From a virus (Duplodnaviria > Caudoviricetes): a stretch of 57,637 nt of DNA. Shown here in pieces: positions 46,968 through 57,053 of this stretch (the stretch's first letter is position 1; every line of letters starts with the position of its first letter). Under the pieces are notes generated by a model. It was given only the letters and a program-made list of their open reading frames with translations, was not told where the DNA came from and made no database searches. A program made the translations under genes and the position numbers. Where the stretch lies: IMG/VR virus record IMGVR_UViG_3300030110_000139, positions 1 through 57,637 of that record. One strand, given 5' to 3'.

Positions 46968-47252
46968 TTAACACTTCCATCTTCTTCTTGCTTGTCTTAA
47001 CCTACTGTTTGGATTCTTGGCTGCCTTTGGAAACTTTTTCATTTGACCTGCTGATCTTGCACAAAAGGACTTTCTTCTTTTAGCTGCCTTGCTTCCCTTT
47101 TTAACTTTACCTGTTACGGCAGTTTTTAATTTACTGCCTGGATTGTCACGTCTATATCTTGCAACACCCGCTTTAGTCATTCCCGCTCCACTCTTGGTGG
47201 AACGGAAATACTTTTTAGTTTTAGGAGGCTGTTTATCTTGCCTTCTAGCCAT
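46968..47252 (-). CDS. Highly basic small protein
   Basis: GMTKAG, NPGSKL, RRKSFCAR, RRRWKC. Confidence 0.75.
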   Translation of the reverse strand: MARRQDKQPPKTKKYFRSTKSGAGMTKAGVARYRRDNPGSKLKTAVTGKVKKGSKAAKRRKSFCARSAGQMKKFPKAAKNPNSRLRQARRRWKC

Positions 47253-47653
47253 TAATAGCTCTTTCTAATCTGCATTATTACAGTGTAAGTATCTGCTGAA
47301 CTATGCCCTACTGTTGTAAACATAATATCACCAGTTACACCAGAACTAGCAGGATTAATCAAACCTCCAAATGATGTGTAATCGTGATGTCCACTTTGAT
47401 TCTCACCAAGCTCTATACAAAAATCATCTGTTGAAGCGTCAAATAAAATTTTTACTTTCATTCCATTGCATTGCCACCACATTTTTTCAATTGTAGCTTT
47501 TGTACAAGCTTCACCACGAACATTTGTTGATAATGCAGAAACATCAACTTTTTTTACTGCATCTTCGCCAGAGCCATCAGATATATTAGTAAACTTCAAA
47601 ACAGCGATTTGATTACCATCAACTAAGGTTTGAGAGGTAACTGCGTCTGCCAT
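47252..47653 (-). CDS. Virion structural protein (beta-rich)
   Basis: GGAG RBS; position downstream of capsid. Confidence 0.65.
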   Translation of the reverse strand: MADAVTSQTLVDGNQIAVLKFTNISDGSGEDAVKKVDVSALSTNVRGEACTKATIEKMWWQCNGMKVKILFDASTDDFCIELGENQSGHHDYTSFGGLINPASSGVTGDIMFTTVGHSSADTYTVIMQIRKSY

Positions 47654-47665
47654 ATTACTCTCCTA

Positions 47666-48295
47666 TTAGTAAACTGAGTATTCTATTTCAAGAGTGCCAC
47701 GGAAAGCGGTTAAAGCAGCATCACAAGCAGCACCCGCACCTAAGTAAAGATTTTTACTAGCTATAGCTGCACTTATATTTGGTGTAAACACATGAAACGT
47801 ACCAGCGGTTGCATCTAAATCTATATCTACTTCTGTTACTGAGTCTGTTGCAGATATTCTTGGATTAAAAGAAGTTACTCCTGCACCAACAATCTCTGTG
47901 CCAGATGATATTGCAGCATTAGTCGCAGTACCAGAAGTCGCACTTAACTGTAAATTTGCTAAAGATTGTGCATCACTAGCAGCAGCAGTTGTTATACCAA
48001 GAACTACTTTGTGAATAAAAAACTTACTAGCAGTTACTAAAGCATCTGGATGATCTGTATTCAAAGCACCAAGTTCTACAAGAACATCATTATCTCCATA
48101 CGTTACTGAAGCTGCATTAGTATCAGCTAAACTTATAGCGAATGTTTGTATCTTTCTGGTTCCTAAAGAAATAAGTTGTCCAGTTGAGTTAACTGAAAAT
48201 CCAGTTTCCGTAATTGCACCACTTGTGCTGTCTTCATTAATTACGTTGAATCCAGCCTTAGAACGGACTGGACCTGAAAAGGTTGTGTTAGCCAT
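47666..48295 (-). CDS. Virion structural / decoration protein
   Basis: MANTTFSGPVRS N-terminus; AAGGAG RBS; follows capsid. Confidence 0.65.
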   Translation of the reverse strand: MANTTFSGPVRSKAGFNVINEDSTSGAITETGFSVNSTGQLISLGTRKIQTFAISLADTNAASVTYGDNDVLVELGALNTDHPDALVTASKFFIHKVVLGITTAAASDAQSLANLQLSATSGTATNAAISSGTEIVGAGVTSFNPRISATDSVTEVDIDLDATAGTFHVFTPNISAAIASKNLYLGAGAACDAALTAFRGTLEIEYSVY

Positions 48296-48359
48296 GTCAA
48301 TCTCCTTGTCTTGGCCAATGTCGAAGTTAATTCTTCGTCAAGGTAATTTAAGTATACAC

Positions 48360-48388
48360 AAAAAAAAGGGGTCTGCATAGACCCCTTA
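48360..48388 (-). terminator. Rho-independent terminator after the capsid gene
   Basis: AAGGGGTCT/AGACCCCTT stem plus T run. Confidence 0.85.
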
Positions 48389-48406
48389 AAAAATATGTAA
48401 TTATTT

Positions 48407-49318
48407 TTATGCGGCTCCTGGTGAACCAAAGACAGCACGAGGATCTGAAAAACCAAAGGCATAACGCTCTCTAGCTTTATATCTCATGTTGCCTGTATCG
48501 AAATCAGCTTCCATGCTTGTACTTAATGGGATTCTTTCAAAATATTTAAATCCATTAGGTGCATCTGTTTTGATAAAAAACGCATCTGTGTCTGTTAAGA
48601 AGTGGTTAATTGTATAACCCTCTGGTAACATACCCATATTTTTAATTGCGTTTAAATCATTGTCAGAAGTGCCAACTCTTAAAGTTGACTCAAGCAGTCT
48701 GTCTGCAACAAATTGCAATGCAGGTGGAATAATTAGTTTCATTCCTCTTAAAGCAACAATCATATTTCTCTCATCAACAAAGTTTGAAATGTCAATAAGA
48801 GCATTTTCTAATGATGTTTCATTAAGATCTGCTGCAGTTGATGGCTCGTTTCTAAACGTACCACCGCCACCTAATGGGTGGTCTGTTGCACAAAGCTCTT
48901 TGCCATCACCACCTGTAAAGCTTGAATTAAACGCATTGTTTAATGTAGCAGCAGATTTGACTTGCTTTGTGTGTGCCATTGACCTTGCTAATGCTCTTGT
49001 ATATCTTGCTCCAAGTTGGTCATACAAATTATCTTCCATTGCTTCTTCTGTTAAGGCAAAAGCTAACGCAATAGTTTCCATTGTATATCTTGAAGTATAG
49101 ACTTCATTTGCAGAATCAAAGGTTACACCAGCACCTTCTGATTTTGTTGCAGCATTGCCGAAACCACTCAACATTACCTCTTCTTCAAAAGCTCTATCAG
49201 AAGATTCTGTTTCATAAATTTCAGTATGCTCTTGATCATAACGATCATATTCCATGCCGAATAAAGCGTTAAGACCAGGTTCTAACTCTTTTACGAGTTG
49301 TGCTCTTGATATAGCCAT
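48407..49318 (-). CDS. Major capsid protein (HK97 fold)
   Basis: MAISRAQL.KELEPGLNALFG, LIIPPAL, KARERYAFG.SDPR; followed by terminator. Confidence 0.88.
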   Translation of the reverse strand: MAISRAQLVKELEPGLNALFGMEYDRYDQEHTEIYETESSDRAFEEEVMLSGFGNAATKSEGAGVTFDSANEVYTSRYTMETIALAFALTEEAMEDNLYDQLGARYTRALARSMAHTKQVKSAATLNNAFNSSFTGGDGKELCATDHPLGGGGTFRNEPSTAADLNETSLENALIDISNFVDERNMIVALRGMKLIIPPALQFVADRLLESTLRVGTSDNDLNAIKNMGMLPEGYTINHFLTDTDAFFIKTDAPNGFKYFERIPLSTSMEADFDTGNMRYKARERYAFGFSDPRAVFGSPGAA

Positions 49319-49331
49319 AATCTAATCTCCC

Positions 49332-49916
49332 TTACGCTAATCCTGCACCCTTAACACCAAAGATGTGATTTTGAATCACAACTAAGACATTAGTGGCATC
49401 TGACCCAACATCACTGTTCTCTGGATCTTGTGATATATCTATCGCTTTGATCGGAAGATTAGTGTTTGTTGCACCTGTTGTTACATCCAACTCTGCACCA
49501 GAAATACCAGTTACAGTAGAACCTGCACTTGTATATACGATATCAAAGTTACCTAATAAATCTGCAACTGGAAATGCGGCATCAGCTTGAACTTCAAAGA
49601 CAACATTCGGATCGTCTATAATAAAAGCTTCAATATCTGACGCATTTGTGCTTGCAGGGTAAAAGTTTGAAAAAGTTTCCTTTTTCGTTGTAGGATCTGT
49701 ATACCTACAACCATTGAACACCCCAATTATTGGAACAGTTCCGCCATCGGCATGAACTTCAATACCACCTCCTGTGACTTGCATTACCATGTCACCTTGG
49801 AAAATAGCAGTTCCGTAATCGGCAGCGATTCTATATCGGCTTTGACCACCAGTGTAGGGAGCTCCCCCTATCATCTTAACTGGTCTCATGCCAAAAGCAG
49901 CATCTTGATTTGCCAT
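49332..49916 (-). CDS. Capsid cement / decoration protein
   Basis: MAN.DA.FG.RP, IFQGD.V, DDPNVVFEVQ; directly upstream of the capsid gene. Confidence 0.65.
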   Translation of the reverse strand: MANQDAAFGMRPVKMIGGAPYTGGQSRYRIAADYGTAIFQGDMVMQVTGGGIEVHADGGTVPIIGVFNGCRYTDPTTKKETFSNFYPASTNASDIEAFIIDDPNVVFEVQADAAFPVADLLGNFDIVYTSAGSTVTGISGAELDVTTGATNTNLPIKAIDISQDPENSDVGSDATNVLVVIQNHIFGVKGAGLA

Positions 49917-49941
49917 TTTTAACTCCTAAGTAAGAATTTTA

Positions 49942-50394
49942 TTAACTTTGCCTCTTGCCACCAAAAGCGACTTGAGACTTCCTTTCTTTAGATATTGGCA
50001 TCGCAGGATTTGACTCTTTCATCAAATCTCTATCAACAGCCTCCATCTGTGTATTGGTTTTATCCATGAAGTATTTATTTCTTTCTTCAACAATTTCTTC
50101 TGGAATCCGTGCTAATAAAAGTCCTCCTTGACCAATTACTCCAGCATTTTTGCCTTCATCAATCACGGGAAAATCTGCATCTGGATAGTCTTCTGCACGC
50201 ACTAATTCATATCCTTCTCTTTGTCGTTTATGGATATTTGCTTTATCATCATAATCCATAACACGTTCTCTAATCCACCTGTGTTTATATCCTACAGGTG
50301 CTGGTGGAGCATCTAAAACTGATGGTGGTCTCCAAGCTTGTTTTCTTTCCTGTTTTTCACGAGTTGCAGACTCTCGATTAGCTCTATCTACCAT
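49942..50394 (-). CDS. Conserved head-module protein (start MVDRANR)
   Basis: AGGAG RBS; W.PPS.L.AP....GY.HRWIR, GGLLLARIP. Confidence 0.7.
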   Translation of the reverse strand: MVDRANRESATREKQERKQAWRPPSVLDAPPAPVGYKHRWIRERVMDYDDKANIHKRQREGYELVRAEDYPDADFPVIDEGKNAGVIGQGGLLLARIPEEIVEERNKYFMDKTNTQMEAVDRDLMKESNPAMPISKERKSQVAFGGKRQS

Positions 50395-50395
50395 C

Positions 50396-51331
50396 TTAGG
50401 CTCCTTTCCTGGAATCAATTTTAGCCACCTCTTTAGCATATTGCTCCAAAGGTATTCTCATTTTTTTAGCAAACGCAACTTGTCCAGGGGTTAGTTCTAT
50501 TTGCTTCTTCCGCCCACTATTAGAAACGGCTTTGCCGTTCACAGGTGCAACAGTCTGGGCGACTTTTCTGTCACTCTGAAATTTTTGTGGAAATTCTTTT
50601 CTCATACGTTTATCAATTTCCATATAATACTCATCTGTAGATGGGTCTATTCCATCTTCAGCAACAACTTGTTCATGTATGGCTTGAGCACCTCTTGTCA
50701 TAACCATGTCTTTGCCAAACCATGAATTTTTATCAAGCCAACCTTGTAACTTTGGATCTAACTCTTGTTTTTGCGGGGTCTGCCTCTTTGGGGTTTCAGA
50801 TTGTCCCTCATCTTTTTTAGTTCCTTCAGTTTCGGTTCTAAGTTTTTGTATTCTGAGTCTTTCGTTCTCAATAGCGAGTTTAGCCATGAGGTCACTTGCC
50901 TCAGACATTTTTTCAGCATCTCCAGCATCAAAAGCCTCCTTATAAAGTTTTTTTGCTTGTGCGGTTTGTGCTTCTATTCTGTTTCCAAACTCAGAAGTGT
51001 AACCAGAATTAAGTTGTGATAGCTGTTTTTGCAACTGATCATTCTTTTTCTTTTGTTCTTCTGCATATTTAAAAGCAGCATCAGCCTCTTCCAAAGCTTG
51101 TTTTCTTTTGGCTGTTAATTGGTTTATACGTTTTTGAACATTTTCAGAATAATTCTCTAGTTCATCTTCTGGTTGTTCAGAACGAACTTCTGTTCGCTCT
51201 TCTTCTTTTGCTTGAACTTTTGGAGTCTCTTCTTTTTTTTCTTCTGACTCTTCAATATCAACAATTACATTTTCTTCAGGAGCTTGTTGCTCTACAATTT
51301 TTTCTTGTGCTTCATTCATCATTACCTCCAC
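50396..51331 (-). CDS. Capsid scaffolding protein
   Basis: Acidic N-terminus, coiled coil VQKRINQLT, C-terminal LT..Q...AKK...PLEQYAK. Confidence 0.7.
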   Translation of the reverse strand: MEVMMNEAQEKIVEQQAPEENVIVDIEESEEKKEETPKVQAKEEERTEVRSEQPEDELENYSENVQKRINQLTAKRKQALEEADAAFKYAEEQKKKNDQLQKQLSQLNSGYTSEFGNRIEAQTAQAKKLYKEAFDAGDAEKMSEASDLMAKLAIENERLRIQKLRTETEGTKKDEGQSETPKRQTPQKQELDPKLQGWLDKNSWFGKDMVMTRGAQAIHEQVVAEDGIDPSTDEYYMEIDKRMRKEFPQKFQSDRKVAQTVAPVNGKAVSNSGRKKQIELTPGQVAFAKKMRIPLEQYAKEVAKIDSRKGA

Positions 51332-51807
51332 TATACATAAGAAACATCTGTTGGATCAAGTATTTTCGCTATAATATTATCATCATTTATAAGCCTTAAC
51401 TCAAGACCCTCCACTTTGAACCTATTTCCAGCATATCTTCCCATAAGTACCCATTCTTTCTCAGAACAGTATGCTCCAGTTGGGAATTTATCTTTGTCTT
51501 TATAAGCGTCAGGGCCCATTTTTACAACATATGCAACAACTGTTGCAAATGATTCTCTGTCTCGTGTTGCATCTGGTATGTAAATCCCCCCTTTTGTCTT
51601 TTCTTTTGGATAATATGGAACAACTAATATTCTATAACCAGTTGGTTGAGGTAATCTGTCAATCACAGAAGAATCTATTTTTGATGGATCATCTTCATTT
51701 TTGTTGGGTTCTTTATCTTGACCAAATCCTTTTCCTATAGCTGGTGGAACTGGATTAATCTGTTTTTTTGCCAATAATCTATCTGGCACATAAAGTTTTT
51801 TATTCAT
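51331..51807 (-). CDS. groES: GroES-like co-chaperonin
   Basis: PTGYRILV, KTKGGIYIP, VVKMGPDAY, RYAG, LINDD.I. Confidence 0.85.
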   Translation of the reverse strand: MNKKLYVPDRLLAKKQINPVPPAIGKGFGQDKEPNKNEDDPSKIDSSVIDRLPQPTGYRILVVPYYPKEKTKGGIYIPDATRDRESFATVVAYVVKMGPDAYKDKDKFPTGAYCSEKEWVLMGRYAGNRFKVEGLELRLINDDNIIAKILDPTDVSYV

Positions 51808-51991
51808 CGTCTATACCTTTCATCGAGGTTCTAATTTCTTCCTCACACCAAGTCAGTCCTCGTATTTGACCTGTTATGAACCGATAATCTTCTATTGAAG
51901 ATATCGAACCATCTGCCAAAGATTGAATTAATTCATCTCTTCTTTGACGTATGTTCTTTAATAAAGTTTGTGCTACCTTCACGCCATCCAT
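51800..51991 (-). CDS. Conserved small phage protein
   Basis: Y....GQIRGL helical hairpin; coupled ORF. Confidence 0.7.
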   Translation of the reverse strand: MDGVKVAQTLLKNIRQRRDELIQSLADGSISSIEDYRFITGQIRGLTWCEEEIRTSMKGIDDE

Positions 51992-52107
51992 TATTCTTCC
52001 TTATCCTTTATTTCTTGAACTGTCAAACACATAGGACACCTATAAATGTCATCGAGTTCTGTTTTACGCAGTGCAATCTTACATCTTTCACATAATATTA
52101 TTTTCAT
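51991..52107 (-). CDS. 38-aa zinc-ribbon peptide
   Basis: Translated by hand: CERC...CPMC; TAATG coupling. Confidence 0.55.
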   Translation of the reverse strand: MKIILCERCKIALRKTELDDIYRCPMCLTVQEIKDKEE

Positions 52108-52151
52108 TTTATGACTCGTATGTATTCTTAAATGTCTGAATAGATCTTGTG

Positions 52152-52559
52152 TTATTTTTTCATGTTCTCCCTAGCTACACCTTTTGACTTTTCAAAAGAT
52201 CTCATTCCTCCCAATCCTAATAATGAAAGGGTTAACGTCATAAGTTCACCCGTGGCTAGGCTAGGCAAAGTTACCTCTGGCATCCATATAGCTGTTGCCC
52301 ATTCTGCAATAGGCATGATAAAAAACTGAGTTAATAACCCTAGAGCACAGATCCACATAATCGCTGGACGAGCTCCTGCAACGAATAATGAAGGGTGTTT
52401 CGCTTGTTCTTTGTTCGTTTCGATTTGACCTTTTGCAAGCTGTAAGGCGTGTTTTTCTGCCATCGTTGCCAGGTCATGTGCCAATTTATTTTTTTGATCT
52501 TTGTCTTCTATAAATTTTCCAACCAGTTTACTGACTGGACCTATTAAAGCTGTTAACAT
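52152..52559 (-). CDS. 3TM holin-like protein
   Basis: FVAGARPAIMWIC, LLGLGGMRSFEK. Confidence 0.78.
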   Translation of the reverse strand: MLTALIGPVSKLVGKFIEDKDQKNKLAHDLATMAEKHALQLAKGQIETNKEQAKHPSLFVAGARPAIMWICALGLLTQFFIMPIAEWATAIWMPEVTLPSLATGELMTLTLSLLGLGGMRSFEKSKGVARENMKK

Positions 52560-52568
52560 TGCTACCTC

Positions 52569-52766
52569 CTAATACACTTTAGTTCTTTTTTCATCTATAT
52601 ATTGCACAAGTTTACACATACATTTATAACTTTCAACCTTTTCTGGTACTTGCACAGATTGCTCTGTAAGTTTTTCAGCATAATACAGACAATTATTTAC
52701 ATCTTTAAAGTAAATTCTCGCATCAATATTCATATTTAAAAAACAAGTTAATAAAAATGCACTCAT
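52569..52766 (-). CDS. Small Cys-containing hypothetical protein
   Basis: ATGA-coupled ORF. Confidence 0.6.
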   Translation of the reverse strand: MSAFLLTCFLNMNIDARIYFKDVNNCLYYAEKLTEQSVQVPEKVESYKCMCKLVQYIDEKRTKVY

Positions 52767-53047
52767 GTTTTTCTAGTTTTTTTTAACGCTTCTTTTGCTT
52801 TTTTAGCTATCTTAACAACTTCTGTTTTTTTCATTACTTTTGCCCTTTGTTCCATGACAGTAAGGATTTGAATTTTTCGAGCATAAGGCTTGCTAATACG
52901 CTTAACTTTTCTAACTGTTGCACGAGCATCAGCAGGAGTTGCAAATTTAATCTTAACAGTATCTTTTGGATTTTCGTCAGTATAAAGTCTTCTACCTGAA
53001 CCTTTAGGTTTTTTTCCTGTACCAACTTTTGGATCTTTTTTTGCCAT
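52763..53047 (-). CDS. Highly basic small protein
   Basis: KDPKVGTGKKPKGSGRRLYTDENP. Confidence 0.72.
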   Translation of the reverse strand: MAKKDPKVGTGKKPKGSGRRLYTDENPKDTVKIKFATPADARATVRKVKRISKPYARKIQILTVMEQRAKVMKKTEVVKIAKKAKEALKKTRKT

Positions 53048-53410
53048 TTACTTACCATTCTTTTGCATATACGCACTCGTACCCATGTATGTACCAACAA
53101 TACCAGCACCACTTAAAAATATTAAATCTGTAACTGCAGCAAGTCCTTTTAATTTCTCGTCTGAACACCAAGGCGAAGCTAAAAATATTGCGTATAATCC
53201 CATAAATATTAACGTATATCTAGCCATTCTAAGTTGTGCTAAATTTTTTCTTAATCTTGTTTCAGTTTCTTTAATCTCTTTAGCATGGTTTAATTCTGCA
53301 TCAGAAACAATGCCATCACCATCTTCGTCATAATCTGCATAAATAGATTGTTTTTGTAATCTTTTCTGTGTCATCCTATCGTTAATCCTAAAATAAAAGC
53401 CATTGACCAA
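53048..53410 (-). CDS. Membrane protein with DxDxDG EF-hand-like loop and two TM helices
   Basis: DEDGDGIVSDAE followed by two hydrophobic segments. Confidence 0.65.
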   Translation of the reverse strand: MVNGFYFRINDRMTQKRLQKQSIYADYDEDGDGIVSDAELNHAKEIKETETRLRKNLAQLRMARYTLIFMGLYAIFLASPWCSDEKLKGLAAVTDLIFLSGAGIVGTYMGTSAYMQKNGK

Positions 53411-53447
53411 ATTCCAAGTGTTAAATAAATAAAAGTATTATCTTTCA

Positions 53448-53930
53448 TTATCTTTTTTCCTTATATAACCATGCAAGAAATATTATAAATCCAATTACAG
53501 TTATGACAAGAATTGTCAAACCAATCCATTCCCAAATTTTTCTTACAAATTCTTGTCTCTCATAAATCTCTTCTTTTCGTCTTTTTCTAATCTCAGCTTC
53601 CATTTGCAAAATCTCATTCCACGAATTAGCTCCGTAGTGGAAATTTAAAAATGATTTAAGTTCTTGTCGTTGTGCTTCAAATTTTTTTTTAGCTGTAAAA
53701 GCTTCAATAGCCGAGGCTTCTATTTCTTTTCCTTTAAATAGTTTTCTAAGTGGTGAGGCATTTTTAGCAGATTTTTCAGTATTCTCAACATCTGAAACGG
53801 CTCCCATCCAGCGTGACAGGTCTTTTCCCATAGACTCAATTTCACGGCCTGCGGCAAAGCCACGTTTTATGGCGTTAAATGCCGTATTAGCGGCTGTAAT
53901 GGCTATGCCAATTGAAGCGGGATCGAGCAT
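53448..53930 (-). CDS. Coiled-coil protein with C-terminal TM anchor
   Basis: MLDPAS N-terminus; hydrophobic C-terminus. Confidence 0.7.
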   Translation of the reverse strand: MLDPASIGIAITAANTAFNAIKRGFAAGREIESMGKDLSRWMGAVSDVENTEKSAKNASPLRKLFKGKEIEASAIEAFTAKKKFEAQRQELKSFLNFHYGANSWNEILQMEAEIRKRRKEEIYERQEFVRKIWEWIGLTILVITVIGFIIFLAWLYKEKR

Positions 53931-54163
53931 TAAAATATCCCCTTGAATTTTTGTGGTTTTGCTATTTCAGAAAACTTTTTAATTATGCCGCCGTCACGTT
54001 TTTTTACGGGTTTTCTTCGCTTTCTTTTTTGGCTTGTTGACTTTGATTTCCCCGCCGTTGACAACGCTATCGCTATTGCTTGTCTCTGCGGATACTTTTC
54101 TGACCTCAACTTCCTTATATTCTGGCTGATTGTTTTCTGGCTCTTGCCTTTCTTCAACGGCAT
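53930..54163 (-). CDS. Basic small protein with KRDGG motif
   Basis: [16 protein letters not shown]...[12 protein letters not shown]; AAGGA upstream; TAATG coupling. Confidence 0.72.
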   Translation of the reverse strand: MPLKKGKSQKTISQNIRKLRSEKYPQRQAIAIALSTAGKSKSTSQKRKRRKPVKKRDGGIIKKFSEIAKPQKFKGIF

Positions 54164-54245
54164 GACCTTGCTCCTTTGCTAATCTTCTTTGCCTTTTCTT
54201 CTCTTTTTCAACTTGCCATATTTTTTCTCTAATAGAACTAACCAT
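53994..54245 (-). CDS. Possible small protein after portal, overlapping 53930-54163 in another frame
   Basis: AAAGGA RBS just after the portal stop; large overlap lowers confidence. Confidence 0.45.
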   Translation of the reverse strand: MVSSIREKIWQVEKEKKRQRRLAKEQGHAVEERQEPENNQPEYKEVEVRKVSAETSNSDSVVNGGEIKVNKPKKKAKKTRKKT

Positions 54246-54248
54246 AAT

Positions 54249-56648
54249 TTATCCTTTCATTGATCTCATAGCAGCTACATCACGAGTTGTTTGATCTCTT
54301 TGTGCCGCTATTTCTTCTTGTTGATCTAATCTTTGTTGATCAAGTAAAACATCATTTCTTTCTTTTTCTTTATCCAATGTTTGCTTTTGTTCAAACTGGT
54401 CTTGTTTCTGTGCAATTTCTTGTCCTCTTAACGCTAACTCTTGTTTTCTAATTGTTACAAGCGGGTCTTCACTTGGTGGTGGTGTTAACGCTTGTGCATA
54501 TTGCTCTTGTATTTCTGCTGCTAACTCAGCACTTCTTGAAGCCACTTGTGTAGCCATTTGTTGCATTGCATTAGGGTCTTGTTGCATCATTGCTTGTTGC
54601 TCTGGTGGAACAGCAGCCATGACTTCTTGTTGTGCTTGTAGTTCAGACATCATTGCTATGTGTTCTGATATGTGTCCTTGTAATGTCATAAGTATTGCAG
54701 CATTAGCTTGTGCCACGGGTGTACTAATCATAGCTAAATGAGCTGTAATATGTGCTTGATGATTTTGTTCTGGAAAAGCTTGAAGACTACCACCCTTTAA
54801 TGCCTCTTGATTTTCTTTCGCTGGATTCATGGGCATTGGCTGTGGGGGAGGTTGCAACACAGCCTCTATGTTTGTAACCCCTAACGCTTCATACATTTTT
54901 CTATAGGCTTGGTACATTCCATTTGGCCCATGAATATCTGGATTGCTTTGTGCTAATTGTAACTGTGTTTGTGCCAAAGCAATACGTTGTGACATTGAAA
55001 ATATATTTGGATCTGAAACAGGAAGTATATCAATTCTGTCATCAAAATCTGTTTGTTTAATCTCTGGTGGTGCTCCTGGTACTTGATAAGGGTACATAGG
55101 AACATCCATAGCAAATAAACGTGCAAGTAACTTAAACTCTATCTTTTGTGAGTAGTGTAAGCGTTTATGAATTGCAGACATTACCTTTGTGCCACGTTCC
55201 ATAATAGCCATAGTTGTACCAACTGGTGCGTTGCCTTGCATCTCGCCAACTTTCATGTCAGCCATTGATGCAAAGCGTCTACCAGAGTCGATAAGCGTTC
55301 CAAGTAATGAATACAAGGTTTGAGATGGCTCCTTAAATGGCAACGGCATAATTGCTTGACGCAAATCCATGCCAACCATATCTACATCTCTGAACTCGCC
55401 AGGATTTAGCGGAGTTTCGTCATCTCTAATCCTTGCACCTCTTGCTTTAAATCCTGCAGGTAAGTTTGATAAAGTACCTGCGTCAATGAGTTGTCTAAGT
55501 ATTGATGTTGAAGCTCTTGATAGCCCACCTATCATGTGAGTAAGACCAAAGCCATAAAACCCAAGACCAGGTAAGAACTTATAATGAATAAAATAAGGGA
55601 TCTTCCTACGGAACGGATCACCCTCATTGAAATTACGTTTGATCGATAATATTTCACCAGATTTCTCCACTATTGTGACGACATAGGGCATTTTTAATCC
55701 AGTGGGTTCTTGGTCTTGACCAATATCTTCAAACCCAATTAAATCTAAATCTGTGTGAATTTCATATAATGTTATTTCTTCATTATCGCTTGTGCCTTTT
55801 CCTACACCCTGAATATCGTCTATTGTTTCTTTGACCTCATCATAATTGGTACCTCCACTATCTGATGAGGGTAAATCTATATCTCTATAAAACCCTTGAA
55901 GTTGTAACTTCCTAACCTCATTTTTGCCCATACGGACTACATGAGTTATGCGTGAAGATGATCGTAAGTCTGTTGCATTGTATGGCACAATTAAATCTTC
56001 TGCATGAACAAACTTTGAAACAGCCCTTTGCATAGAAGGGTCAAAATAAACTTTTTTAAATGCTGAACCTACAACGGGAAGATAAAATAACATTTGATCT
56101 AACTCAGGATCATATTCTTCCATCTCGTAAGTTATTTGATAATTCATATAATTTTTAACACGCTCTGCTTGTGCTAAAAGTTCTGGACTTTCTGCACCAA
56201 CAATATGTGTTCTAACAGGTCCACTTGCAGGTAACATCTCTCTGTACGCTTGTGCCTGAAACTGTGTAACGCTTTCTGCTAATAAAGGATGAACTACTCC
56301 AGAAGCACCTTCAAAAGGTTCTGCTCTGTCTTCATAGTTCATTCCAAGTAATTCTAATCCACCTTTATACTGTTCTTCCCAATCTCTTCTTGAAGATATA
56401 TCGTCATCAATGGCACCAACTAAATCGCTTGAAATAACACCCAAATCACCATCTTCAATTAATTCAGCTAAGTTAGCATCAAAAGGAACTGGCATTGTTG
56501 CCTGTATTTCTTGTTGCATTTCACCAATAATGGCAGAGCCATCATCAAGTTCAGTTACACCTGGAGTAATCTCTGCTTCAGGTAAAGAAACTTGAATACC
56601 TTGTGGTTGCTCTGTGTTTTCTACACCATTTACTTTTTCAATTGCCAT
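54249..56648 (-). CDS. Portal protein
   Basis: 799 aa; HPLLAES, GSAFKKVYFD, GFYGFGL, LRQLIDAG, Gln-rich C-terminal coil; downstream of terL on the circle. Confidence 0.88.
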   Translation of the reverse strand: MAIEKVNGVENTEQPQGIQVSLPEAEITPGVTELDDGSAIIGEMQQEIQATMPVPFDANLAELIEDGDLGVISSDLVGAIDDDISSRRDWEEQYKGGLELLGMNYEDRAEPFEGASGVVHPLLAESVTQFQAQAYREMLPASGPVRTHIVGAESPELLAQAERVKNYMNYQITYEMEEYDPELDQMLFYLPVVGSAFKKVYFDPSMQRAVSKFVHAEDLIVPYNATDLRSSSRITHVVRMGKNEVRKLQLQGFYRDIDLPSSDSGGTNYDEVKETIDDIQGVGKGTSDNEEITLYEIHTDLDLIGFEDIGQDQEPTGLKMPYVVTIVEKSGEILSIKRNFNEGDPFRRKIPYFIHYKFLPGLGFYGFGLTHMIGGLSRASTSILRQLIDAGTLSNLPAGFKARGARIRDDETPLNPGEFRDVDMVGMDLRQAIMPLPFKEPSQTLYSLLGTLIDSGRRFASMADMKVGEMQGNAPVGTTMAIMERGTKVMSAIHKRLHYSQKIEFKLLARLFAMDVPMYPYQVPGAPPEIKQTDFDDRIDILPVSDPNIFSMSQRIALAQTQLQLAQSNPDIHGPNGMYQAYRKMYEALGVTNIEAVLQPPPQPMPMNPAKENQEALKGGSLQAFPEQNHQAHITAHLAMISTPVAQANAAILMTLQGHISEHIAMMSELQAQQEVMAAVPPEQQAMMQQDPNAMQQMATQVASRSAELAAEIQEQYAQALTPPPSEDPLVTIRKQELALRGQEIAQKQDQFEQKQTLDKEKERNDVLLDQQRLDQQEEIAAQRDQTTRDVAAMRSMKG

Positions 56649-56650
56649 GT

Positions 56651-57052
56651 TTATCTAAGCTTAAATTTTCCGCCTGCTCTGGCAGCACCCATGCCTCTAC
56701 AGACACCGCCACCTGAACCCATCTTAACAGGTCCACCTCTTTCAAACTTTTTTGCCATACCTGGGTCCATCTTTTCTTGAACAGCTTCTGGTAATTTTGA
56801 AAACCCTTTAAACTTTTTTGGCACCGCTTCACCACCAGTTTCCATTTCTTTAGCCTTAACCTTTTCAATGGCTTCTGCTAATCCACCATCTTTCTTTTGA
56901 TTTACAAGAGGTAATATTTCTCTTATTGCTGCTCGTAACTTATCCATTCTTTTCAAAGAATCTCTTGAAGATCCAGGGACTTTTCTATCTTTTTCATCAA
57001 AAAGTTGTTTTTCTAATTTCAAATATTTTTCAAAAGCTTCATCTTTATTCAT
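56651..57052 (-). CDS. Allele B of the xxxGG protein at 80-508
   Basis: Near-identical N- and C-termini, different central module. Confidence 0.8.
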   Translation of the reverse strand: MNKDEAFEKYLKLEKQLFDEKDRKVPGSSRDSLKRMDKLRAAIREILPLVNQKKDGGLAEAIEKVKAKEMETGGEAVPKKFKGFSKLPEAVQEKMDPGMAKKFERGGPVKMGSGGGVCRGMGAARAGGKFKLR

Positions 57053-57053
57053 A

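Noticed and set aside
51331-51807. Phage GroES as a novelty
   Set aside because: Co-chaperonins in head modules are already well known in phages.
861-56780. Numerous plus-strand ORFs in the track
   Set aside because: They are antisense shadows of well-supported minus-strand genes and lack RBS or motifs; only 26154-26351 was kept.
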